A stretch of DNA of 64,000 nucleotides from an uncultured Gammaproteobacteria bacterium (lineage in GTDB: Bacteria; Patescibacteriota; Microgenomatia; UBA8517; UBA10165): contig CAYYLO010000001.1 in NCBI GenBank assembly GCA_964472675.1, positions 21,704-85,703 of the forward strand. The letters run 5' to 3'. Both the position numbers and the translations under genes were made by a program. Below the pieces are notes generated by a model. The model saw only the letters and a list, made by a program, of their open reading frames with translations, did no database searches and was not told the DNA's origin. Each line of letters opens with the position of its first letter. Position 1 is the stretch's first letter. Shown in pieces: positions 9,649 to 18,843 of this stretch.

Positions 9649-10539
9649 TCACTTATCACTAGTGATGTATCTCCAATATGCCCTAGGGAATCTCAAAGCA
9701 GAGAAAAGAGAGAAAATAATTCCCTGATATCCATCTAAAATTCCTTTGTGGCGAATCTGTGTTGTCAAAAACCAACTGGCAGGTTTAACCATCACATAAT
9801 CTACAAACGTAAGCACATCTTTTCCCAAATGTTCTTTCACCATTTGTGCTTTGATCAATTCTATATACCGATTGTTTCTTGAAAGATATCGAGCAAAAGT
9901 AGGGGAATCAACATGATATAGCGGACTTTGTAGCCAACCTACACGCCCGGCGACTTTCATCTGCTCATGAACATCTTTGGCCGGTAAATATGCTTTACCA
10001 TTTTTAATTAGCCTTATTACACCGTCGGGATACACCCCTCCGTATCGAAGGTACTTACCCAAGAAATAATTCAGGCGGGGCAAGAAATATGCAACATATT
10101 CCCCTTTATCAGTCCCTATCTGTCCATCCCTTTTCTCCAAAATTCTCTGGTGCCTTAAGAATAATTTTCTTTCCCGTAAATTCTCTTGATACTTCTCAGC
10201 CTTATCTGAACCCAAACCAATTACATGCTTGATTTCTTTGGCCAAATCCGGGCTGACACGCTCGTCTGCATCCATCTGCAAAATCCACTCACCGCCTGCT
10301 GCCTCAATTGCTTTTTGTTTATTGATATGAAAGTTGGGGTGGTTTTGCGTTTTTATAATTTTTGCTCCAAAACCTTCTGCAATCTCGCGGGTTCTGTCGG
10401 TTGAACTGCCATCCATTATCACAAATTCTCCCGCGATGTCTTTGCAAGACTCAAGACATGCGCCAATGTTTTCTTCCTCATTATATGTTGCCAAAACAAC
10501 TGACAGTTTTATCTTTTGCATATACCTAATTTGCGACAA
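9649..10539 (-). CDS. GT2-family glycosyltransferase
   Basis: KLSVVLATYNEEENI ... MDGSSTDRT ... QMDADE (DXD) with a C-terminal helical extension as in LPS-core GT2 enzymes. Confidence 0.85.
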   Translation of the reverse strand: MSQIRYMQKIKLSVVLATYNEEENIGACLESCKDIAGEFVIMDGSSTDRTREIAEGFGAKIIKTQNHPNFHINKQKAIEAAGGEWILQMDADERVSPDLAKEIKHVIGLGSDKAEKYQENLRERKLFLRHQRILEKRDGQIGTDKGEYVAYFLPRLNYFLGKYLRYGGVYPDGVIRLIKNGKAYLPAKDVHEQMKVAGRVGWLQSPLYHVDSPTFARYLSRNNRYIELIKAQMVKEHLGKDVLTFVDYVMVKPASWFLTTQIRHKGILDGYQGIIFSLFSALRFPRAYWRYITSDK

Positions 10540-12145
10540 CTTTGAAAGCTATACCCCCGCTTGGAAAGTATATCGTTTTTATTGTGTTAGTGCCGTCCGG
10601 CATTTCATTTGAACTTCCCGCAATTAAACCATTGGGGTATTTTGTTCGTGTCTGGTCCCATGGAGAAACCTCCTGAAAATAATACTTGTCAAAATGTTCA
10701 ACTGTCGAAAATCCGAATATGTCCCGGGGAGTTAACGTGTGTTCTTTTTGGAATTTTGCGGGAGGATATTTGGAATAAAAAAGGAAAAGTATATATGGCT
10801 GATCGTAACGGTTTGTAACGACAACATTTTGATATTTACCTTCATTTTGTTTTACAAAACTTACCAGTTCTTTTACCCCATACTGAGAAGAATAGTCGTA
10901 TGTTTTTGCCATATGCAGGTAATACTCATGGAGATATCGGGAAAAATCCCATAGCATAAATAGTACGATCGCAAACACCCCCAATTTCCCTAACTTTCCC
11001 CATTTCCCCAACACCCCGAAAACCTTTACCGCACCATATCCGCTAATTATCACCAACGGAACAATCATATTCTCCGCCCGCAAAGCATGTGGCGATTGAA
11101 AAGTTAAGGCCGCAGCAACCGGCGCAACTACTAGCCACAGGAGAACAGGCAGCCACCCTTTTGGACTTTTAAAAATTACCCCCATGCCTACAACGAGAAA
11201 GACCAGATCCAACAAATACATCTGACCGAATTCCGGTACTTTATTCCTTTGGATTTCGTCCCCGTTAACAAATAAGAAGTCTCCTGAGAAGTGTTTGCCG
11301 TAATTTTGAGCAAAGGCTAAGCCGTAATTCACGACTTTGTTGTGCAGCAACTTCCCGACTAAACTTTCAGTAACGCCGTGCTCCCCTCTTTGTTGATTCA
11401 CCTTATTGTACGGGCCAACGTCTGCAAACACCCCCACACCCGATGCCCTGGAAATTCCCGCTGGCCCAGCGAGGTCTTTGGCTAGTGGTACTAATAATAG
11501 TAGTCCTACTATTCCAACAGCCAACGAATTTCTCAATTTAGCTCTCCCTAGTAATTCCCTGCGGTAGTAAATAAGTAATCCGCAAACCAATAGAGGCACC
11601 ACAATTCGTGCCGCGTGATATGTATAAAGCGAAGCTACAAGCGCCAACACTGAAACCCAAAGATATTTAGAATTTCTAGTTCCTTTTACAAATGACCAAA
11701 CACCAAGAGTAATAAAGAATGTCGCCGCGTTTACTTCCCAACCGCCGCGCGAAAAGTGTATATGCCAAGGAGAGATGGCTAGCATCAAAGATACTAGAAC
11801 CCCCATTTTTTTGTCTCTGAACAATTCTAAACACAACAAATACACAACAAACACAGTTGCCACACCCAAAGCAGCACCTGGAATTCTCACCGCCCATTCA
11901 TTTAAACCAATAGTTGCCACAAATGGCGCAACGATATAAAAATAAAGTCCTGGTTTGTAATCGTTAAACGATTGAAAATGAATTGGCCAAAAGTTACCAT
12001 GCTCGTCTTTCCCTGTTTGCAACAAAGAATAAGCGTTATAACCAATGGCCGCTTCGTCAGCGTTTAACGCAGGCAAATTGTTCAGTTGATTGAAGCGCAA
12101 AAAAGTCGCCAGAATTATGATAAGAACTATTAAGTATTTACCCAT
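10526..12145 (-). CDS. PMT/GT39-family phospholipid-carrier-dependent glycosyltransferase (GT-C)
   Basis: Loop-1 motif LNADEAAIGYNAYSLLQTGKDEHGNFWPIHFQSFNDYKPGLYFY, about 11 TM helices and a C-terminal soluble domain. Start chosen at MGKYLIV, 1 nt after the upstream stop. Confidence 0.85.
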   Translation of the reverse strand: MGKYLIVLIIILATFLRFNQLNNLPALNADEAAIGYNAYSLLQTGKDEHGNFWPIHFQSFNDYKPGLYFYIVAPFVATIGLNEWAVRIPGAALGVATVFVVYLLCLELFRDKKMGVLVSLMLAISPWHIHFSRGGWEVNAATFFITLGVWSFVKGTRNSKYLWVSVLALVASLYTYHAARIVVPLLVCGLLIYYRRELLGRAKLRNSLAVGIVGLLLLVPLAKDLAGPAGISRASGVGVFADVGPYNKVNQQRGEHGVTESLVGKLLHNKVVNYGLAFAQNYGKHFSGDFLFVNGDEIQRNKVPEFGQMYLLDLVFLVVGMGVIFKSPKGWLPVLLWLVVAPVAAALTFQSPHALRAENMIVPLVIISGYGAVKVFGVLGKWGKLGKLGVFAIVLFMLWDFSRYLHEYYLHMAKTYDYSSQYGVKELVSFVKQNEGKYQNVVVTNRYDQPYILFLFYSKYPPAKFQKEHTLTPRDIFGFSTVEHFDKYYFQEVSPWDQTRTKYPNGLIAGSSNEMPDGTNTIKTIYFPSGGIAFKVVAN

Positions 12146-12146
12146 T

Positions 12147-13820
12147 TTACTTCCAGGAAAGTAGTTCAAAAGCCACACTGTCGTCCGGTCTAGTTATTTC
12201 CTTGTAAATTCCATCCGGTTGTTTTTGGGAAAGTTCGGCAAAAGGAGGATGTTCAGGATCAAAAACTATCAACGTGCCTTTATTGTGTAAGTCCCCTGCG
12301 GTGGCATCCCTAAAGGTAATATTATCTAGCCCGGAAACCAACCCTACATCACCAAATTGCCCTTCCTGGTAGGTTTTTTTGGAAACTTGCTGATATTTTG
12401 CTGGATCATATTTTTGGAAAAAGAGGAAGAAAATGTACGGCTGGTTATAACTTTGTTGAAAAACAATCTGCTTGTAATCATTTTGTTCTTTAGAAGTCTT
12501 CATAATTGTTTGTTTATACCCGTATTGCCAACCTTTAGCACTGCGCAAAGGATAATGTACCCAATATTGATCAAGAAAATACACGTAATTAATTGCGTAA
12601 ATAGCAAGGTAACAAAGCAGCAAGATTGCAAATTTGCGGCCACGAATTGCTTCAAATACAAATGCCACTCCGCATCCACTAAGTAAAGTTAGTGGAATGA
12701 CAAGATTCAGACTTCGCACACCTTGTATAGTATCTCGAGATAAAGCAGCAGGCAGCGGAGCCAGCAAAAGCCAGAGAAGTACAAACCACTTTGCATTTCT
12801 GTTTTGACTTCTTGCCAAATATAATAATCCTAAAATCAGCAACGGCAAGTCCGCCAATAACAAAACGCCAACGTCAGGCGCTCCGTGTCTAGCATTGGCC
12901 CAATCTCCTTCGAAGAACAAGAATCTTGCCGAGTAGTAATTCGTCCACCGGTACAAAACCCCTCGTAAATTGTTCAATGGCTCAGAATGGTAGAGGATAT
13001 ATTGCCAAGAATTTATACCAACTCCTTCCTGGTTTAAAATGCCAGCCACATATTCAACAGGCCTTCTATAGGAAAAAAAACTAAAGACTGCTAACCTTCC
13101 TGCTTGTCCTTGAAAAACGCTTAAGATTATTGGCAATACCAACACAAACCCCAGAATTAAAACTTGTGCTATCTGTTTTCTGGTAAATCTGCCAAGTCGT
13201 TTGCGATACGCCAACAAGAGAGCTGCCACAACCAACGCAGTACTCAATTTGGCCCCCTGATATGTCCAAAGAGTGAGTGCAAAGAAAATAACTGACAGGT
13301 AAATACTTCTGCCCCCGTCTTTAACAAACCGCAAAAATAAATAGATTCCTGCTAAAGTTAACGTCAAAGAAAGATTGGCTTCCCATGCACCTCTGGAAAA
13401 ATGAACATGCCAAGGAGATATTGCAAGCATCAAGCTTGCTAAAATTTTCAATTTTTCGTTCTTGAATAATTCGCCTACTGAACAATAAACAAGTCCTACA
13501 GCGGCAATACCTGCAATAGCACTGGGAAGTCGCACGGACCACTCTGCCAAGCCCAATATAGCTACGAATGGTACTGTTAGGTAGACATAAAGTCCCGGTT
13601 TCCAATCTCCGAATGACTTAAAAATCAGTGGCAGAAGTTCGCCATACTCATCTCTGCCTGTCTTCAAAATTGAATATGCGTTATACCCCAAAGCCGCCTC
13701 GTCACTGGTTAAATGTGGCGGATTAATATCCAGTTGCCAAAAACGCAACAAGGCAGCAACCAACAAGATTGTGACGAGTAACAGGTGATGAGTTATTGGT
13801 GTAACGAGTTTTCTAATCAT
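12147..13820 (-). CDS. PMT/GT39-family glycosyltransferase (GT-C)
   Basis: LTSDEAALGYNAYSILKTGRDEYGELLPLIFKSFGDWKPGLYVY. ATGA start/stop overlap with the upstream gene at 13817-13820. Confidence 0.85.
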   Translation of the reverse strand: MIRKLVTPITHHLLLVTILLVAALLRFWQLDINPPHLTSDEAALGYNAYSILKTGRDEYGELLPLIFKSFGDWKPGLYVYLTVPFVAILGLAEWSVRLPSAIAGIAAVGLVYCSVGELFKNEKLKILASLMLAISPWHVHFSRGAWEANLSLTLTLAGIYLFLRFVKDGGRSIYLSVIFFALTLWTYQGAKLSTALVVAALLLAYRKRLGRFTRKQIAQVLILGFVLVLPIILSVFQGQAGRLAVFSFFSYRRPVEYVAGILNQEGVGINSWQYILYHSEPLNNLRGVLYRWTNYYSARFLFFEGDWANARHGAPDVGVLLLADLPLLILGLLYLARSQNRNAKWFVLLWLLLAPLPAALSRDTIQGVRSLNLVIPLTLLSGCGVAFVFEAIRGRKFAILLLCYLAIYAINYVYFLDQYWVHYPLRSAKGWQYGYKQTIMKTSKEQNDYKQIVFQQSYNQPYIFFLFFQKYDPAKYQQVSKKTYQEGQFGDVGLVSGLDNITFRDATAGDLHNKGTLIVFDPEHPPFAELSQKQPDGIYKEITRPDDSVAFELLSWK

Positions 13821-16800
13821 TGCTTCTCAAGAATGATAAAAGCCGGATCTCCATTCAAGAAGCGGATAGTTTTCAGTTGCTTAAAATCGGGAGGAAAATT
13901 CCCTGGACTGGTGACGAGAAGAGTTTTACCATCTATCGGTATTTTTAGCCCACTCTCCACCCGCCACTCTCCACCCGCCACTTTTGGCATATCCCAATCG
14001 TTAACAAAATAGAACTTATCAAACCGGTCTATCCAAAACCAATCAGACTGGGCAAACCGCACAAGGTTGGTGTCTTTTTGGTAAGCGGCTGGATCCCAGG
14101 GCCAGTAGAAAAGCAAAAACTCATGCGGTTCGCCATATTTTTTAGTAATAATAAATCGGTCATATTCTCCATAACAAGCTTTTATGTAATCCGCGATATT
14201 TTGATATCCATATTGCCAAGACCAAGAGTAGTTTCTGCTGTAAACAAAGAAGTATTCATACATGTACTTACCCATATTGACAAATAACAATGTGGCGTAA
14301 GCTGTTAATGCGAATGCTTTCCACCTGCGGCTAATTTTTGTTGCTAGCCATATTACCCCAATTGCCGAAATAAGTTGAGGAATAGGCAACATAGAAGCAG
14401 AACGCAAAACTGCAAATTTTTCGTTAGTAATACTTGCAGGAATCGGTGCCAAGAGCAACCACAACAAAACTAACTGATACGCCTTCTCTTTTTTAGTCGC
14501 CCTCCATGCAACCAGTATCAGGCCAATGTAGAAAAAGGGTAAGTTAACCGGATAAAGGAGTCCCCAACCCGGAACGCTAAATTGATATTGCGTACCGCCT
14601 TTAAAAAATAAAAACTGCGGTGAAAAGTAATCCGCATAGTTTTTGGTAAACTTCTCAACAAAGTAAACAGGACGATTGTAGAAAAGACGAGCTAACCCTG
14701 GAGGTAATTTACTTTCCTCGCGCGCATTCACAATGCGGTTTATTGCACCCTGGTCAACCAAAAAAACCCAATTGGCACGTGCCCTTGCCTCAGAATTAGA
14801 CAAGATAAACGGAAGCGGCACAAAAAAAACAGCTAAAATGACAAGGGAAATGATCCCAAGTAAACGTTTGTGTTTGAAAAAATTAAAAAGTTCACGCCGG
14901 TAGATTATAAAAAGGGCAAGCAAAAAAAATGGAGTGAAGATTCTGGTTGTGTGGTAAGAAAAAAGAGTTAGCCCAAAAGCCAAAAACGAAAGCGGAAATT
15001 TGCCATTTACAAAAAGAGCAGCCGCTGTAGTTAAGAAAAACACCGATAAATTTGATTGTAAAACAAACCGCGAAGGGAAAAAGAGCCATGGGTCAATTGC
15101 CACAAAAAATGTGCCAAACAGACTTATGTCTTTCCTTTTAGTAACTCCAAAAAAAACAAAGTAGGATGAAATTATCGTTAAAGTTCCCAAGAGAACATGC
15201 GGCAAGCGGATGGCAAACGCATTAAGACCAAGAAACTTGATAAAAGGTATGGTCAAATAGAGGTTGAGAGGAAGGGGGTAGTCTCCATAGGCTCTAAAAT
15301 TTGTGATCGGAAAGAATTCCCCCCACTCGTCCTGGCCGGTTTTTAAAATAGAGTAAGCATTCCATCCATGACTTACTTCATCCCAGTTTAGACTTGGCGG
15401 TATTTGAGTAATCCCTGCAAACCTTAAAACAAACCCCAACAAGACAATAACTATTAATAACCAATATTTCTTATACACAGTTGAAGAGATCTTTGATCTT
15501 TTATGCCACATATTTTTCTTTACGAAAAACAATAATCCGATCGCTGCCGCAACACTAATAGCATTACCCCAAGTTCTTGCTGGAGTATCAGTAAATCTTA
15601 ATATTGCTTCTTTTTCACCGCTCAGAGCGGGAAGTTGTGCTGTTATTAATCCCAAATCTCCCGAAGGAACAACCGAGTACTCTTTTGATTCTGTAAACAA
15701 ATGCCAACCAGGAAAATAAACTATCGGAAACTGAACTGTGGCAGGTGAAGTAAGTGTTAACTTGTATTTTACCTCATTGCTCTTCTTTAAGACTTGTGCA
15801 CCAAAAAACCTGCCGTCTGCCGAAGGTTGCGAAGGAGCCGGACTTGCCGGAAGTTGGGAAGCTGTTGCAGGCCAATAATCTCCTAAAGATGACGCGGTCT
15901 GTTCTTCCCATTTTTTCCCTGCAAACTGGTCTTTATCTGTAATGTTGTACCACATATCCTCCTTAAAAAAAGAAAAGTTCACAAGGATCACGATGACAAT
16001 AGCAGTTGCACTAATCCACAGAGGAAATCGCCTGGAAACGAACACTATAGCTCCAGAAGCCAGCGCAAAACTGAAGGTTGCGATAGAAAGCCAACGCCAC
16101 GGAAATTGAAAATATGACGTAAATTTGAGGCTTTCCCAAATAGGTGTCGACTTATTGTGTGTTAGAAACAAAGCCAGCCAACCAATTAAAACTAACACCA
16201 AAATGTCTTTAAGTTTTTCTTTTTGGCGAGTTATTAACAGGCATACCAGTGCTATCAAAGGCAATACCCACTGCACTTGCCCCACAGATAAACTTAAATC
16301 ATCTTGAGGACCAAAAAGTGAAGCGCCATACCCCCAAAATCTTGAAATTAAAAGTTGGTTCAATGTGGCAAAATGTGCCCTAAAATCAAAATAACCAATG
16401 GTGATCGATTCCAAGTTTACATATTTGGACTCCGACACCACAGGTAGTAGATAAAATGCACTAAGTGCTAACGCCAAAACCCCTCCACCAACTAGCCAAG
16501 GAATCTTACTGTAGTTTTTCCTTTCCACAATTTTACATCCCAACCATACTCCCAAGAAAAGCCCAAACATTAGAAGCGACAGGTTGTGTGTCAGCAACAG
16601 CAGAGCAAGGCTGACACTAAACCACAAAAGACTTTTGATCTTGCCCCCATGAAGAAAGTTATAAGCAAAGAGCGCAATAAAAGGGAAAAGTGCAAAAGCA
16701 AAAGCTTCGGGCAAAGCTGCCCGAACCCAAACATCAAGAGCTCGATATGGCGCGTATACATAAACCATGCTGCTCACCAATGCCGCATATTTATACGAAG

Positions 16801-17173
16801 TTGAAGAGGAATTCTGATTCTTCTGATTTCCCCAAACCCTTAAAGAGAGCAAATACATACCTAAAGCAGATCCAATAATCGAGAGAATAAACACTACCTT
16901 GGTGGAATCAATAATTTGCATTCCCAGCAAGTGGAATACTTCGCCTACTGCGTAAGGTATTTGCGTGTAAAAGTTAAACAAAGGTTCACCATACCCAAAA
17001 CCAGCGTCGGGAGCCCAGCGACAAGGGATTTGGAAGTCCTTTATACAGCGATCAAACTCAAACAAACGGAATAAATGCGGGTCCTGCATGGAATATATCC
17101 CTGGCCGGAGCATCCTAAAAAAAGCGGGGATTGTGAGAACAACAACAAACAACAAAAAGAAATATTTTCTCAT
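13817..17173 (-). CDS. Fusion protein: N-terminal YfhO-like/PTPS-related GT-C module (about aa 1-554) plus C-terminal PMT/GT39 module (about aa 555-1118)
   Basis: N-half is colinear with the stand-alone 52578..54464 protein (DFQIPCRW...PLFNFY...; C-terminal FPGWHLF ~ FPGWKVF). C-half from MWHKRSK (ATG at 15511) carries LNWDEVSHGWNAYSILKTGQDEWGEFFPI and the full PMT architecture. One uninterrupted 3357-nt ORF. Confidence 0.8.
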   Translation of the reverse strand: MRKYFFLLFVVVLTIPAFFRMLRPGIYSMQDPHLFRLFEFDRCIKDFQIPCRWAPDAGFGYGEPLFNFYTQIPYAVGEVFHLLGMQIIDSTKVVFILSIIGSALGMYLLSLRVWGNQKNQNSSSTSYKYAALVSSMVYVYAPYRALDVWVRAALPEAFAFALFPFIALFAYNFLHGGKIKSLLWFSVSLALLLLTHNLSLLMFGLFLGVWLGCKIVERKNYSKIPWLVGGGVLALALSAFYLLPVVSESKYVNLESITIGYFDFRAHFATLNQLLISRFWGYGASLFGPQDDLSLSVGQVQWVLPLIALVCLLITRQKEKLKDILVLVLIGWLALFLTHNKSTPIWESLKFTSYFQFPWRWLSIATFSFALASGAIVFVSRRFPLWISATAIVIVILVNFSFFKEDMWYNITDKDQFAGKKWEEQTASSLGDYWPATASQLPASPAPSQPSADGRFFGAQVLKKSNEVKYKLTLTSPATVQFPIVYFPGWHLFTESKEYSVVPSGDLGLITAQLPALSGEKEAILRFTDTPARTWGNAISVAAAIGLLFFVKKNMWHKRSKISSTVYKKYWLLIVIVLLGFVLRFAGITQIPPSLNWDEVSHGWNAYSILKTGQDEWGEFFPITNFRAYGDYPLPLNLYLTIPFIKFLGLNAFAIRLPHVLLGTLTIISSYFVFFGVTKRKDISLFGTFFVAIDPWLFFPSRFVLQSNLSVFFLTTAAALFVNGKFPLSFLAFGLTLFSYHTTRIFTPFFLLALFIIYRRELFNFFKHKRLLGIISLVILAVFFVPLPFILSNSEARARANWVFLVDQGAINRIVNAREESKLPPGLARLFYNRPVYFVEKFTKNYADYFSPQFLFFKGGTQYQFSVPGWGLLYPVNLPFFYIGLILVAWRATKKEKAYQLVLLWLLLAPIPASITNEKFAVLRSASMLPIPQLISAIGVIWLATKISRRWKAFALTAYATLLFVNMGKYMYEYFFVYSRNYSWSWQYGYQNIADYIKACYGEYDRFIITKKYGEPHEFLLFYWPWDPAAYQKDTNLVRFAQSDWFWIDRFDKFYFVNDWDMPKVAGGEWRVESGLKIPIDGKTLLVTSPGNFPPDFKQLKTIRFLNGDPAFIILEKQ
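13937..13980. repeat. Tandem 14-mer (cactctccacccgc x2 plus a partial unit) within the PMT-module coding sequence
   Basis: ccactctccacccgccactctccacccgccact; encodes AGGEWRVESG. Confidence 0.6.
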
Positions 17174-18840
17174 TGTGTACTAACTAACCAAATAGCGTCC
17201 TGGCCATTGGGAAATTTGATCTTCTCGACAACATTTGCATTTGAAGAAAACTCGTTAGATTTTCCTATCAAAAGCGTATCTTTTTTGCCAAAAGCCTTAG
17301 AGTCAATACTTGTAAAATTATACTTACCCAAACTGTAATCTCCCAATTGGTCTACAAAGGAACGCCCCTCTGTTTTGTATCTCAGCCAATCTTGAGCTTG
17401 TTTTTGGTAATCTGCCGGATCCCATTTCTTGTAAAAGGCCATATAGATTTGCGGCTCTGATAAAGAGCGGCTAAAGACAACTTGGGAATATCTACTGTCA
17501 ATTGCTGAAGTTAGTTCAACGGCTTGTTTTCTACCATAAAGCATGGCCTGGGCCTGATCCCGCGGCGCGTGGTAATAATAGTCTTCCAAAAAGAATCCTA
17601 AACTCACCAACAATATAGCAATATAACTATATAGCAGTAATTTTTTTGATACTCGCCATTTCTGAGAAATTAAATCCAGCAAAACTAAGGCACCATACGC
17701 AGATAATATTTGTAAGGCCGGCATCATTACCGCCACTCGATTCCCCGCATACCCTGGGCCCTTTGTTAAAGCAGCGGGTATTGGCGCAATCAAAATCCAA
17801 ATTATTAACAATTTAAGGGGTCCCCTTGCCGAGCCTGCAAGGGGACCCCTTGCAAAGATCGACCACAATGAAACAAGTATAAAAGGCAGTTCAACCAGGT
17901 AAAGAACTCCTCTGCCGGGAATCATGCCGTAAGTCCACTCGCCTGCCCCTTGAGTAAACAAAAACTGGGGCGAAAAATAGGAGAGATATCTTTGAGAAAA
18001 TTCCTTAAACACATAAACTAGTTTGTTCGAGAAAATTCTTTCTATAACGTCTGGCACTCCGGCCAAAACTGCCTCATACCGCCTGTCGGCAAGGTTCGCC
18101 CAGTTGTCTGTAGGATTAAAAATTGCAATATCCGATCCGCGGCCTCCCGCCCCAGAAAAAAGCATCGTATAAGCGGCAACGGCAATAAAGACAGCCAACA
18201 CAGCAATAGCTATTCCATACTTCCTTCCCGCCTTAAAGTGCAATAGCAAAGTGCGGCGATCCCACAATAATAAAAGGATAATAAGTGGAGTAAATAATCT
18301 TGCAGAGTGGTAACTAAAGAGATTCAAGCCAAAAGCCAAGGCAGCTACTGCCATCCAACGGGGTTTTTCCAAACCTTTGTAAAACGCCCATACTCCAAGC
18401 GGCATAAAAAATGTCGTCAGGTTTGCCTCGAAAGCGCCGCGGGAAAGTGAAATGTGCCATGGCGATACAGCCAGCAGCCAAGCTGCTAAAATTTCCAATT
18501 TCGATCCGCCGAAGAGCCCTTTAACCATCAAATAAGTGGCGAGTATAGCTAGTGTTCCAAAAACAGCACTAGGGAGTCTCACAGCAAATTCATTAAGTCC
18601 AAATATTGCTACCGAGGGAATTGCTAGATAGGTATATAGCGGAAGTTTATAATCCCCAAAAGACTGCAAAGTTAGAGGAAGAAAGCTACCCCACTGATCT
18701 TTGCCGGTTTTCAAGATTGAGTACGCGTCATAACCAAAAGAGGCCTCATCAGGGGTAAAACCTGCAGGGTGGGAGACAAGGCCAATAAAACGCAAAACAA
18801 AAGCCATCAAAATTATTCCAACCAAGACCACACGGCGCAT
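17170..18840 (-). CDS. PMT/GT39-family glycosyltransferase (GT-C)
   Basis: FTPDEASFGYDAYSILKTGKDQWGSFLPLTLQSFGDYKLPLYTY. ATGA overlap with the downstream gene start at 17170-17173. Contains the palindromic in-frame insert ARGPLAGSARGPL. Confidence 0.85.
   Translation of the reverse strand: MRRVVLVGIILMAFVLRFIGLVSHPAGFTPDEASFGYDAYSILKTGKDQWGSFLPLTLQSFGDYKLPLYTYLAIPSVAIFGLNEFAVRLPSAVFGTLAILATYLMVKGLFGGSKLEILAAWLLAVSPWHISLSRGAFEANLTTFFMPLGVWAFYKGLEKPRWMAVAALAFGLNLFSYHSARLFTPLIILLLLWDRRTLLLHFKAGRKYGIAIAVLAVFIAVAAYTMLFSGAGGRGSDIAIFNPTDNWANLADRRYEAVLAGVPDVIERIFSNKLVYVFKEFSQRYLSYFSPQFLFTQGAGEWTYGMIPGRGVLYLVELPFILVSLWSIFARGPLAGSARGPLKLLIIWILIAPIPAALTKGPGYAGNRVAVMMPALQILSAYGALVLLDLISQKWRVSKKLLLYSYIAILLVSLGFFLEDYYYHAPRDQAQAMLYGRKQAVELTSAIDSRYSQVVFSRSLSEPQIYMAFYKKWDPADYQKQAQDWLRYKTEGRSFVDQLGDYSLGKYNFTSIDSKAFGKKDTLLIGKSNEFSSNANVVEKIKFPNGQDAIWLVSTQ
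17815..17851. repeat. Perfect 15-bp inverted repeat with 7-nt spacer inside a PMT coding sequence
   Basis: aaggggtccccttgc-cgagcct-gcaaggggacccctt; encodes ARGPLAGSARGPL, an ~10-aa insertion relative to the paralogs (e.g. KSPKGW in 10526..12145). Confidence 0.8.
18488..18503. repeat. Additional copy of the GGAAATTGGAAATT motif (complement strand) inside PMT gene 17170..18840
   Basis: aaaatttccaatttcg, encoding SKLEIL; the same 14-mer as at 9081, 9133 and 55974. Confidence 0.65.
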
Positions 18841-18843
18841 AAA

